Shown: one piece after another, positions 49,461 through 61,250 of the stretch
Layout: every line of letters starts with the position of its first letter
How positions within the stretch are numbered: position 1 is the stretch's first letter
Assembly (NCBI GenBank): GCA_965112735.1
Contig: OZ218951.1
Location: forward strand, 2,356,001-2,420,000
Source: Phaeosaccion multiseriatum
Lineage: Eukaryota; Protista; Ochrophyta, other classes
Reading direction: 5' to 3'
DNA length: 64,000 nt
The notes under the pieces: generated by a model
Told to the model about the DNA's origin: nothing
Seen by the model: the letters and a program-made list of their open reading frames with translations, nothing else
Database searches by the model: none
Position numbers and translations under genes: made by a program

Positions 49461-51099
49461 GGCAGCACAGGCAGAGCTAATCCCAAACACCCCTCAGCCT
49501 TGACCTTCCGATCTTACACGTTCACTAGCTAATTCCTTTCACCTCCTTCAGGTGCCCCCCCTCTCTCTCCCCCGCCTCCTCAGCAAGTGTCTGTTCTGGG
49601 ACTGGTAGTACTTAAGCCGCTACACTAGGAGTATTAGAAAAGCGACTTGCGTTTTCACTTCTTTCTTCCTCCATTCGAAGGTTATGATCAACGTCGAATC
49701 CGATTCTCTCCTGCTGCGTCCCTGTCCTCCGCTTATTATTAGCTTGTAGATCGACGCTGAGGAGGCGTGGCGTGCACATACAGCGAAAGTCCTCTCCGCA
49801 GATGATCACGCAAAAAGGAAGGGGGGTTGAAACTTTCAATTTCGGGTACCGCTTCGCAAAGAAGCTTTCAGAAACGGTGGGAGGGGATAGAAAAAAAACA
49901 AAAAAAAAACAAAAAACCTGTGAGAGGGGTCTTTGGCTGGCTCTTCCGCGAGGAGGTCTGAGAAAAAAAAAAGGACAAGCAAGCACAATAAGCAAAAGAC
50001 CCACACGACAACAAGGAAGGCGCAGAAGGCAGGGCGTGGCGAGAGAAGGACAAGCGGCTCTAGCTAGTGTTGCTGCCTTGGCTGAGAGCGAGAGAACATA
50101 GGGGGAAAAGGCGGAAGGAAGGAAATTAATCTGGAGGACATGATGGTTGTAGCTGGCTGCAAGAAGCTACTAAAAGCAAGAAGAAGGTTGGGGCTAAACA
50201 AACACATAAAGAGCGTGTGGCTGTATTGTGAGAGGCAGGCTGAGCCTAGGCCTGCTGCTATCTGGCTGGTTTCCCTACTACTAATAAGGTCGGGCGGGGC
50301 GGGCGCCGCGGCGGCGGAGCGAGGAGCGGCGGGACTAGTGCCTAGTCTATGAATGCAGCCATGTATCTGCATAGACACTACTGAAAAACGGGGGGCTGTG
50401 GAGCTTAGAAGTGCCATCCAAGGGCCAGTCCATATCAGCGCGGCCTTGGCCGCTCTACAGCAGGCAGGCAGGCCGGGGGGGCTCGCTCAAGAAGCTCACC
50501 AGGCAAGACGCCAAAAATCCCGCTGGCCTGGCTGGTGAGCAGTAAAAGAAGAAGCAAGATCGTCAGGCAGGGGAGAGAAGGAGGATTGCTCAAGCAAGAT
50601 ATCCTGGGACTCCCAGTGGTGGGTGCTTGGAAATGAAGGAGGGGAGGAAGAAGAAGAAAAAAGCAAGATGATGATGGGGGAAAAAGGAGAGGAGAGCAGC
50701 AGCCCCGACAGCAGAGAGGAAGGCAGAGCGAAGAACCAAGCAAGAGCCAAGCAAGCAAGGCAGGGAGTGCCAGCCAGAGCGAGGACGAACACCACTAAGC
50801 AGCCAGCCTGCAACGACCAAGCAACGATGGTGCAGGCAGCCAAGCAGCCAAGCAATCAGTAGCTTTTTAGCTTTAGCTCAAGCAGCCAAGCAAAAAACTG
50901 AACCCAAGAAGGTGTAGCTACCCGTCGATCGATCGCTCCATTGCTCCATCGCGCAAGCAAGAGGCTGTGTTTGAAGAAGAAGAAGAAGAAGAAGGGGGGG
51001 GGGGAGTTTTTTTCTTCGTGTGTTGGTGTTCCGGGAATCACAGAAAATGCAGCGGCCAAAGGCGAATCTGTGCATTTGCGGCCATCGTGTGTGGTGCCA

Positions 51100-53104
51100 A
51101 TGGTGCAGTGGCAACAGCAGCCTCCTGTGTTGCCACGGATTCGGAGAGCAGTAGTGGTTGCAGCAGTGGTTGCGCTGTTTGCAGATGGGGCGCTCGGGTT
51201 CTTAACCCCTTCAGGCTGTGGTTCTTGTTATAGGAGTAGTGGTAGTAGCGTTAGCAGTAGGGCGACTTTAGTGGCGTCCCCGGGAGTGCTTACAAGGTCT
51301 GCTCGGGCGGAGTCCCGCCGCGGAAAGGGAGGGGGGTTGGCAATGAAGGCCGGAGCTGGCGACTTGCTTCCCAGGGAGAAAATCATTAACACCGCTGGTG
51401 GGTTCCCGGGGATACGGTCTTTGGCCGAATAACACGCGCGACTGTGGGAAGGATATGCGTCAGGCTTAGCTACCACCCGGAAAGCATTGAATTTTCTCTC
51501 CCCGTGATGTCTCTTTTCTACCGTGGTGGTCTGCGCGCCATACAGTGCTCTGGCAACACAGAATGATTTGGCATCTCCATCCACCTCGTCCTCGTCCTTC
51601 ACTCCTCATCACTTGTCGTTGTCCGTGTCCATATTCCTCCGTCATCGGTCTCTACACAACAATCTCCTGGAATGCTACGCTACAGCCCACGAAGGGGTGG
51701 ACAAAGTTGTGGCGGTGAGTGAGTAGGTTAAAGGAAAGGGGAGCAAGGAACGAGAAAGGATGGACAGGGAGGCAAACAAAAGAGACGACCCAAGTCGAAA
51801 CGGGACAACAATGAAAAGGCGGTGACAAATGAGAGTGATAAAATACACCCACGCAACCACCAACCACCAACGCCCGCTCTCTCAGTATCCTCGGCATCCC
51901 ACACCCACACCCTCGCCCATCCACTGCCATCCCCGAACATACAGGCCCAAGTGCTGGACACTGCCGAGGCTGCTCTGAGGAACTGGGAGCTCTCAGGGAC
52001 GGACTTTCTCACGCCGCCGGAGTGCGCGGTGATGGAGAAGCTGTGCGCCCCTCTTGTGGATGTGGAGGTCAAGAGCTGGGGAGGGTTTCCACAGGTAGGT
52101 CAGATGTCAGACATCAAGGCCAGAGCGGGTCTGTGGGGAGGGAGGGAAGGAAGGAAGGAAGGAAGGGAGGGAGGGAGAGGGGGAGGAAGAGAGGAAGGGA
52201 GAGAAGAAGCAAGGGAGGGAAGGAGGGAGCGAAGGACGGAGGGAGGGAGGGAGTGGGTGAGTGCCGGAGGGAAGGAGGGAGAGCTGGGGAGGCTTTCCAC
52301 AGATAGATCAGAGGTCAGAGCAGGCCTGTGGAGTGAGAGAGCGAGGGAGAGAGAAGAGAGACAGAGAGAGGGTGTTGATGATTGCACGGGCATGTAGGAA
52401 CAGAGAGAGGGACGGAGAGAGGGGGAGAGAGTGAGGGGGAAAGAGAGAGGGGGGGGGGGGGGGGAGGAAACAGAGGAATGGGGGGAGAGAGGGAGGGAGG
52501 GAAAGAAGTAGAGAGAGAAAAAAGTATTGGCTGAGTGAGTGAGTGGGTGAGGAGGCAGAGGTGTACTGTGATCTGATCGCCATCCTATTTGATGGAGCCA
52601 TCTTCCTTCAGTGCGCCTCTCCCATCCCCCTTTATCTATGTTCATACTCTTTCCACGTCATCACATACCATCTTTCCCTCCTTCTGCTACTCCTGCCTGC
52701 TGCTGCTTGCTGCTGCTGCTGCTGCTGAACCACCAACCCCGCTACTTGCTGTCTCTCTCTTTCCCTCCTCTTCGGTGCCTCAGGCCGAGCGTAAGCGCCT
52801 CTTCTTCCACAGGGCAGACATGGACATGAGCGAGGTGCAAATGGAGGGCGTGGCGGCGCTGGTGAGGCAGTTGGAACTACGCTTGAGGCAGTTTGTCGCG
52901 ACCCATTTGACAGCTGTGGCTACCGCCATTGAGATACTTTGTAGACTACCTTTGCGACGAGAGCGAATGTCCATCGGTTTGCATTCGACGCTGGCCAAGT
53001 CACGTCTGTCTGTCCCATTAAACCCCTCTATCTATGGAACACGGACGGATCTGACCTCCTGTTGTTGCTTTTGCTGTTGTTGTTGTTGTTGCTGTTGCTG
53101 TTGC

Positions 53105-53179
<75 letters not shown>

Positions 53180-53220
53180 CTGTTGTTGTTGTTGTTGTTG
53201 TCGTTGTTGTTGTTGTTGTC

Positions 53221-53256
<36 letters not shown>

Positions 53257-55670
53257 CGTTGTTGTTATATTTGTTGTTATCATTGTTGTTATTGATGCTG
53301 TTGTTATTGTTGTTGCCGTCATACGATACTTGTCTGCCGCTCTTCTCCTCTCCTCTCCCCCCTCCTCGCCTATCCTCACCTGTCCTCTCCTCTCCTCTCC
53401 TCTCTTCTCCCCTCCCCTCCTGACCCCCCCTCTCTCTCCTCTCCACTCCACTCTCCTCCCTCCCCTCCCCTCCTTCCCTCCCCTCCCCTCCTCCCCTCCC
53501 CTCCCCTCCCCTTTCTCTCCTTCTCCCCTCTCCTATCCTGCTGTGCTGTGCTGGGCAGGACGTAGGTGGGCAGTTTCTCTTCGATATGGCGGAGCATAGA
53601 GACTTCTTGGGAGCCATATTGAACACAGGTTAGCGATAGGGTTAGTTAGTGAGTATACCCTTATTCTCTATAGTTCGGGAGCCATATTGAACACAGGTTA
53701 GCGATTAGATTAGTTAGTAAGTATCCCTTCTCTCAGTTAGGGAGCCATATTGAACACAGATTAGCGATAGGGTTAGTTAGGGAGTATACCCTTACTCTCT
53801 ACAGTTAGGGAGCCATATTGAAGACAGGTTAGCGATAGGGTTAGTTAGGGAGTATGCCCTTATTCTCTGCCGTTAGGGAGCCGTATTGAACACAGGTTAG
53901 CGATAGGGTTAGTTAGGGAGTATACCCTTACTCTCTACAGTTAGGGAGCCATGTTGAACACAGGTTAAGCGATAGGGTTAGTTAGTGAGTATACCCTTAG
54001 CCATGCTTACTGCCCTGACATTCATTCACTCACTATCCTGACGCTCACTCACTGCCCTCACACATACCCACTCATTGTTCTGACACGAAAGGCGTGAGTA
54101 GGACCAAGGTGGGCGATATTTTAGTCCAAGGAGAGAGGGGCGCACAGGTGGGTGGGTGTGCACGTGTGTGTATGTGTGGGTGTGCGTGTGAGTGGCTTCT
54201 TTGGAGGAAGAAATAAAGGGGGCCCTGGCGTTGCCCTCCGCCCCCCTCCTCTGTGGGGCGGACGTACGAGACTCACTTCGCTATTGGCCGCATGCACCCG
54301 CCTCTGCTCATATGCCTCCATCACTCTCTCTGTTCTCTTACTACCTCTCCCTCTGTCTGCCTCTGTCGCTCTCTCTACCTACACATATATCTTCTCCTCT
54401 CCTCTCTCTCCCCCCCCACCTCTCCCTCCTTCTCTGTTTTGTCTCCCTGCCACTTTCTCTCTCTCCCTATTTCTCTCTCTCCCTCCTTCCCTCCTTCCCT
54501 CCCTCCCTCCCCTCAGATAATCGTGCACCCAGAGTTGGCTGAGTTCTTCTCCACAGCCTTGCAGAGCGTTCGGTCCATCTCAGTGAAAGTCAGCGCCATC
54601 CCCCTAGCGGAGCTCAAAGTCAGAGCCCAAGTTCTGAAAAGTGTGAGTGCGTGAGTGAGTGCGTGAGTGACGGAGGGAGGAAGTGAGAGATTGACTGTGG
54701 GAGAGAGGAAGGGAGTGAGCAAGTGAGTAAGTGTGGAGAGGGGGGGAGGGGAGGGGAAGAGAGGGTAAGAGAGAGACAGCGCGCGCGAGAGTGAGAGAAG
54801 TGAAGAGGGGGGAGGGGGAGGGAGGCAGGGGAAGGACGGAAGGGCGAGTAGGAGGGAGGAGGAAGAGAGGGAGAGAGAGGGGAAAGGGCGAAAGCATAGC
54901 GTGGAATGAAAGAAACAAAGAAAGAAGGAAGGAAGGAAGGAAGGAAGGAAGGAAAGGGCTCTGCGTGCGAGGGGCGGAGGCGCAGAGGGAAGGGTCGTTT
55001 GGGGTGGAGCTGGGTAATGAACCAAGGGCATCTATCGTACCAACGTCAGACTGACTCTTCATCTTCCGATTTGATCGCTCCTCCTCCTCCACTGGCTCTT
55101 TAAAACTACCCGCCCCGACGCACTGCCCGACACTGGGCGCCCCCCCCCTTCTGTCTGTGTGCTGTGCTCCTCCTTCCTCTAGTTGTGCTCCGTGTGCTCC
55201 TTCCTCTACTTGTGCTTCTCCGAACCGTAACCGTAAGCCATTCCCTAACCCTGGTTGTCTCTCTACCCTCTCTCTCTCCCTGTGCTCTCTGCTTTCTCTT
55301 CTCTCTCTACTCTCTCTCTCTCTCTTCTCTCTCTCTACTCTCTCTCTCTCTCTCTTCCTCCCTCCTGTTCACCTCCTTCCTCCATCGAATCTCTCCTCCT
55401 GCCTCCTCCTGCCTTCAGATAAGCTCTGTCGAATCAAGTCTCCGACTGGACGCCATCGCTAGTGCCGGCATGAGCGTAAGCCGCTCTAAGATGGCTGATG
55501 CAGTCAAGAAGGGAGGGGTGCTTGTGAATTGGAAGGAGGTCACCAACACGTCAGCCACAGTGCGAGAAGGAGACATGATCACCGTGAGGGGTAAGGGGCG
55601 GGTGGAGGTGGAGAGCATTGTGCTGACCAAGAAGGGAAAGTGGAAGGTTCAGATGCAGCGCACCACATAG
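51100..55670 (+). CDS. ylmH: YlmH/Sll1252-like S4-domain RNA-binding protein, plastid-targeted; exons 51100-51397, 51686-51714, 51945-52094, 52784-52861, 53559-53628, 54092-54147, 54517-54642, 55419-55670
   Basis: LLPREKI, TDFLTPPE, WGGFPQ|AERKR, GQFLFDMAEHRDFLGAILNTG..KVGDILVQGERGAQ, and the S4 domain SLRLDAIASAGMSVSRSKM..VNWK..GDMITVRGKGR. The leader has a hydrophobic segment followed by ALG|FLTP. Confidence 0.93.
53060..53315 (+). repeat. Intronic (TTG/CTG)n trinucleotide tract
   Basis: Directly visible inside YlmH intron 52862-53558. Confidence 0.95.
53609..53999 (+). repeat. Tandem array of ~6 x 68 bp units spanning the YlmH exon 5 / intron boundary
   Basis: Units start at 53609, 53677, 53740, 53808, 53876 and 53944; consensus GGGAGCCATATTGAACACAG|GTTAGCGATAGGGTTAGTTAG... 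Confidence 0.97.
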
Positions 55671-55885
55671 AACTATGCTCAGGTAGGTATGTATGGGTAG
55701 TAGAGTAGGAGAGATAGGTCGGGTGCCATCACCATTGTAAGAAGAGGAGAAGTAGTGAAGTAGTGTAAGAGTAGGAACGTTCGGACGACGAGCCGCACGT
55801 GTTGGTGATGTGTAAAAAACTGAACGCTTTCCGTCTATTGCACCTTCGTATATCCACCTTCACCTGCCCATCTCAAAAGAGAAGG

Positions 55886-58787
55886 TCAGAGGCCCTTCCG
55901 CCACGCCGGCACCGCCCGCTGTCCTCTCCGAAGGTCCCTCGCACTCCCCGCCACCAGGCTTTCGTGTGCCCCCTCCATCTGCCGCTCCATCTCTCGATCG
56001 TCCAACTCCTCCGCTGACACACCCCTCACTCGCGAGGCCTTGGTGGCCGCCAGCACTCGCAAAGGATCAGCCACGGCGACAGGAGCATAGCCTTTTCGGG
56101 AACCACTCCGACCACCGCTCCTCCTCCCCCCTGTACCACCATCACCCTCAGAAGGACCGTCTGGTGAATCCCCACCCTCACCCCCACCCCCGCTCCCTCC
56201 TCCTCCTCTGCTGTCACCACCCCTCGCCCTTCGTCTGCTCTGCGGAAGCGCCGCGGCGGCCTCCTTAAGCCTCTGATCCTTGCCGCCTTGCCTCTCCGCC
56301 GCTCGTCGCTCCAACTCTTTCCGCTTGTCCCGTGCAGCCGCCATGTCTCTCCTCACCATCTCCCCCACGTCCACCCGGCTCACACGCGTGCGCTCTCGCT
56401 TCAGCATGGCATCGGTCTCCCTCTGACGCTTTCCTTCGCGCTCCTTCTCCAGTTGGTACACCGCAAGCTTCTCTCGCGCTCGCGCCTTCCGCTCCTTCTC
56501 CTCCCGCTGCTCCTGTAGATACCTTACCTCCCTCTCCACCTCCTCTTTTCGCCTCTTGTCCTCGTCTCTCTGTGACTTTTCCTGTCGCCATGCCTCCACA
56601 GACTTGATCTTTCGTTCTCGCTCCTCTAGACGGGCCGCTTGGACCGCTCTCCTCTGCTCCGACGACGGTTCTCGCCTCTTTTTGTTGGTTGAAGGTGAGG
56701 TTGGCGTAAGAGCAGGGCACACACAAGCAAATACAGGCACAGGCCTTCGTTCGTCAGCTGTGAATAGGGGGCAAAAATGACGCCCCACCGCCCGCCCGCT
56801 CGCCTGTCCTCCTCCCTCCCTCCCTCCCTCCCTCCCTCCCTCCCTCCCTCCCCCCCTCCCTCCCTCCCTCCCTCCCTCCCTCCCTCCCCCCCTCCCTCCC
56901 TCCCTCCCTCCCTCCCTCCCTCTCACGCACCTTCTGCTCCTGCCGCTCTCGGTCCGCCGCCTCCTGCCGCTTCCCCCTCTTCAGGCGCCTCCACTCCTCC
57001 ACCAGCTCCTTCTTCTTATCCAAGTAACCGCGATACCGTACGCTCCAAGCGTAATGCTCCCTCACCTCGTCACTCCCCACCTCCGTCAGCGCTGTCGCAC
57101 CCTTCTTCACGAGCTCATTCACTCTCAATCCCCTGTCCTCAGGTAAGCGCTGCACTTGACTGAGCAGACGGAGAAACGTGTCGTGTAAATGGTCTGCCCA
57201 GCCGCCCGTGGCTCCCCCATCCGCCGCTATCGCAGTGTTGATACGCTCAATCTCCCTCTCTAACCCCTCCTGCTCTATCAGCGAGTCCGCACCCCGCCCC
57301 TGTCCGTCTACTCCGTCTCCACCCTTCCCCTCCTCATCTGCCTCTTCGCCGCGGTTGGCACCACCGGCATTCGTAGCGCTGGCCTCACCGCCACTGCCTC
57401 TGCTTGCTGCTTCCCTCCCCCCTCCCCCGCCACCGCGCATTGTGGCCCAGGCGTCGGAGTCGAACCTTGCTGCTAAGGCTTTTACCTCCCTGCTCAGGAG
57501 CTGCTCCTGCTCTGCTACTTGGTTGTACTCCTTGCGCATGGCAGCCTGCCGCCCCGCCCCCCGTGTGGCAAAGCGAAGACAAGAAAAGGCATGTGTGTAT
57601 ATACATGGGCAGGGAGAGAGAGAGAGGGAGAGGGTGTGTGTGAGAGAGAGAGAGGGAGAGAGGGAGAGGGAGAGAGAGGGAGAGGAGGAGAGGGAGAGAG
57701 AGAAGGAGGAGGACTAGGAGGGCCTCGCGAATGGCGTCGGTCACCACAAGAGTATGAACACACTCCCTATATACACACATATGCGCGCACACACATCCAC
57801 ACACGCACAGTCACACACAGACTCTCTCTCTCTCTTTCTCTCTCACAAACACACGCACACAAACACAGCCTCACAAGACCGCGAAGCCCCAACCCCCAAC
57901 AACGAGGCACTTCCAAGCCCCCACCCACCCACGCACCCACCCACACTCACCCACCCACCCACACCCACCCAGCCCTTCGTATCACCACCTTGTGAAGTTA
58001 CCTTAAAGTGGTGCAGCTCCGCCTCCATGGCGCCCATGATGCCCTCGAGGTCCACAGAGAGGTCTCTCCCCTCGGACAGAGCCTGCACGCGGCTGCGGAT
58101 CTTCAGCATCGTGTTCTGCTCGTGAGGGGGGGGGGGGGATGGGTGGGTAAGTGGATGGCAGCGGGCGTCGAGAAGGACAGTAGGGGGGGTTAGGGTAAGA
58201 GGGGTCACACAGGCAGCAGCAAGCAGCACGCCGATTTTGGATAGCATGGTATACCCACTTATATGAGGGTGTGTGTGGTATATGTAACGGTCCGTTGACG
58301 AGGGAGTCACACACAGCACAGGAGAGCAGCGCCCCGAGAGCAGAGAAAGTGAATAGGGAAGCCCAACAGAGAATATGGACAAGCTGAGGGAGAGGGACAA
58401 AAAAAAGAGAGAGACACACAGAGAGAGAAGAAGAAGAAGAAGAAGAAGAAGAAGAAGAAGAAGAAGAAGAAGAAGAAGAAGAACTTTTGACTTCGCACTA
58501 CAAATAGGCAACAACAAGGAACAGAGCACTGGATAAGAGTACCCCAACTGCACCTTCTTCTTCCTCAGCTTGCGGGCAAGGGCGGATTGCTCCGCCTGCC
58601 GAGTAGAGTCGAGCTCGCGCTGCTCATCCAATAATTCCTGCACCTCGTCATGAAGCCCGTCTCTGGCCTGGTAGAAGCTGGCAGAGTCCTTCGCAAGGGC
58701 CGCCCACCGTCGCTGCTGCATGGTGTGCTCCCTCTTCCATACTCCCATCTCCACCTTGTTGGGTCTTCTTGACGCCATTGCATTCAA
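55886..58787 (-). CDS. CCDC112: Coiled-coil domain-containing protein 112-like; exons 58787-58554, 58115-58002, 57545-56931, 56677-55886
   Basis: Recognised family motifs GGATGGWADHLHDTFLRL, EVREHYAWSVRY..KKKELVEEWR, ADPLRVLAATKA and C-terminal RAVPAWRKGL. Confidence 0.8.
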
Positions 58788-59427
58788 CTGCCTGGATGCC
58801 TTAGAAGACGACCGCCATCACTATCTAGGAGAGCAATAGGCGACCTCTGTGGCTCCTCCAGCCTCACGTGCCGAGCGTGCCAGGCCCGAGTTCAAAAAAA
58901 GCCTTCAAATCTATAGCCTCTCTTATTGAGATGTCTGGGCCTCTCATTGCTGCGACAACGCGTCCCGAACAAGTGAGGGAAGCTCACCTTGTGAGGGAAG
59001 CTCACCACCAGAAGGTACTTGTAGGATCGCAGTGAGCGAGCAACAAGAACAAGAAAGAAGAAGGGAAAGGCAGCCCTTAGCCCAAGCAATTTCATTGGCT
59101 TATTACATATCCCATTTGATATCGAATATCGATCTCGAAACCATCTCAAAACTGAACGTCGCACCAACTTTTGTTTAGAGCGAGCTCAAAACACCATAAC
59201 AAACACAACACACAAAAAAATTGATACGCGTGTGTGTAGGAGAAGATGGCGCTCAATACCCATCCCCCGGTCCTGCTTTCCTGGAGTGACTGAATTCTCA
59301 ACTTCCACCTTTTCGCGACGCTCTCTTAAATGGCGACATCATGCTTCCAGCCTCGTGGACTCCCCAGCCCCCCCCCCCCCTCCCCTTTAGATGGAAGAGG
59401 GACAGAACTAAGCTGTGAGGCGTGAGT

Positions 59428-61209
59428 ATGGACACCTTAGCCTGGGGGCAGGAGGACGCCGTCCCTGCGCTCGATGATGACTTCTTGGGCGGGCTCGATA
59501 TGTTTATCATGGACGGAACGGCGGGGGGCAAGGGGGGCATGCTCTCCGCCGATGCATTGGAGGAGGAGCTGGGCGGGCTGGGAGGAGGTGAAGCAGGGGG
59601 CGGGGGGGCAGCAGCGGCGGTGGCACCAGCTCAGGTCGGGGCCGCCACACCATCGGCTGGTCAAGCAAACACGCGGAAAGGAGGACGAAAGGGGGCAAAG
59701 GGCTCAAAGGCGGCGAAGAAGGCTGCCAAAGGTCGAGCGACTGCTGCTCAGAAGGCCAATCAGAAGGCCACTTCGCTGCCGGCTGCGGCACGTGGGGGGC
59801 CGACCACCCGGGGGGCTGGGCGAAGGGGACAGCCTGTCGGAAAGGGCAAGGGTGGGGCTGGTTCTGCAGCGGCTGCTGCAGATGCGTCTGAGTCTGCTGC
59901 TGCTAGTGCTGCCCGTGCCAGGGCTGTGGACGCCAACGATGGCGTCACAGGGTTCAGTGGTGGTGAGAGGAGTCGTACCGCTGGCAGCAGCGGGACAGGC
60001 AACGACGGCCCCACCCCGGCCCCTCACGTCCGGAGACACATGGCTGCAGGTATGGGAGGCTTTGCGAGCAACCACCCACAGGCGCCGGTGCAGCCAACAA
60101 TGGCGAACCACAAAATCGTGGCGACGCGCGGAATGAGTAATCTGCAACCAGTCTCTTCGCCCGCCCTTGCGTCGTCGTCACACCCCTTTCCTCCAGACGG
60201 GCAGTCTACAGGCGCCCGGTCAGGAGTAGCTCCAGCAATGGGGGGTCAGGGCTTCCGGCGCAGGCGGCCCAGCGAAGAGCCCAATCAGCAAGCAGTGTCT
60301 GTGCTATCGCCCAAGTCCAGGGGTGTTCTAGCAGCAGCAGTTGGAGGAGGAGGAGGAGGAGGAGGAGGAGGAGGAGGAGGAGGAGGAGGAGGAGGAGCCA
60401 AGGCGGATGGGGAGATTGCCCCCTTATCATATGCACCGACGTGGAAAGGGGGGGCAGCGCAGCAGCCGCAGCAGCCGCAGCAGCAGCAGCCGCAGCAGCA
60501 GCAGCAGCAGCAGCCGCAACAACAACAGCAACTTACATTGCAACAGCTGCAGTTCCAGGAGCAGCAGCAAATGAAGCTTCTCTTACAGGACCAGCAGCGA
60601 TTACTGCAGCAGCAGCAGCAGTGGCAGCAGCAGCAGTTGGTGATACAGCAACGGCGTAAGGCCCGTGAAGTGCAGCAGGCGCAGCTCGATCCGCAGCAGC
60701 TCGAGGTACAGCAGCAACACCAGCTGCTGAGAAACGCACACCAACACCATCAAATACAAGAGCTGCATCGGCGCCAGCAGCAGCAGCTGCAGCAGAAGCA
60801 GCAGCGACAGGTTCAGCAGCTCAAGCTCCGGCAGCGACAGCAGCAGCAGATGCAGCAGCTAAGACAACAGCAAGTGCAAGGACAAGTCCGGGAGCAGCGA
60901 AAACAACACGTACAGGTACAGCAGCAGCAGCAGATGCCGCAGCTCCGTTACCACCAGCAACAGCAGCCACAGCAGCAGCCACAGCAGCAGCAGCAGCAGC
61001 AGCAGCAGTCATATGGGCAGCAGGAGCAGCCCATTAGACCTCTCCCGCAGCAGCAGCAGTTGGTGATACAGCAGCAGCAGCAGCAGCAACACGACCCGGT
61101 GCTCTTGTTTCTAAAGCAGCAGATCGAGCAAATGCAGCGGATGCAACGGATACAACAGTTGCAGCATATGCAGCAGCAGCAGCGGCGGCAGCAGCAGTTG
61201 GTGATACAG

Positions 61210-61250
<41 letters not shown>

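Noticed and set aside
53609-53999. CRISPR-like array
   Set aside because: The units are similar along their whole length with no unique spacers, the context is a eukaryotic intron, and there are no cas genes.
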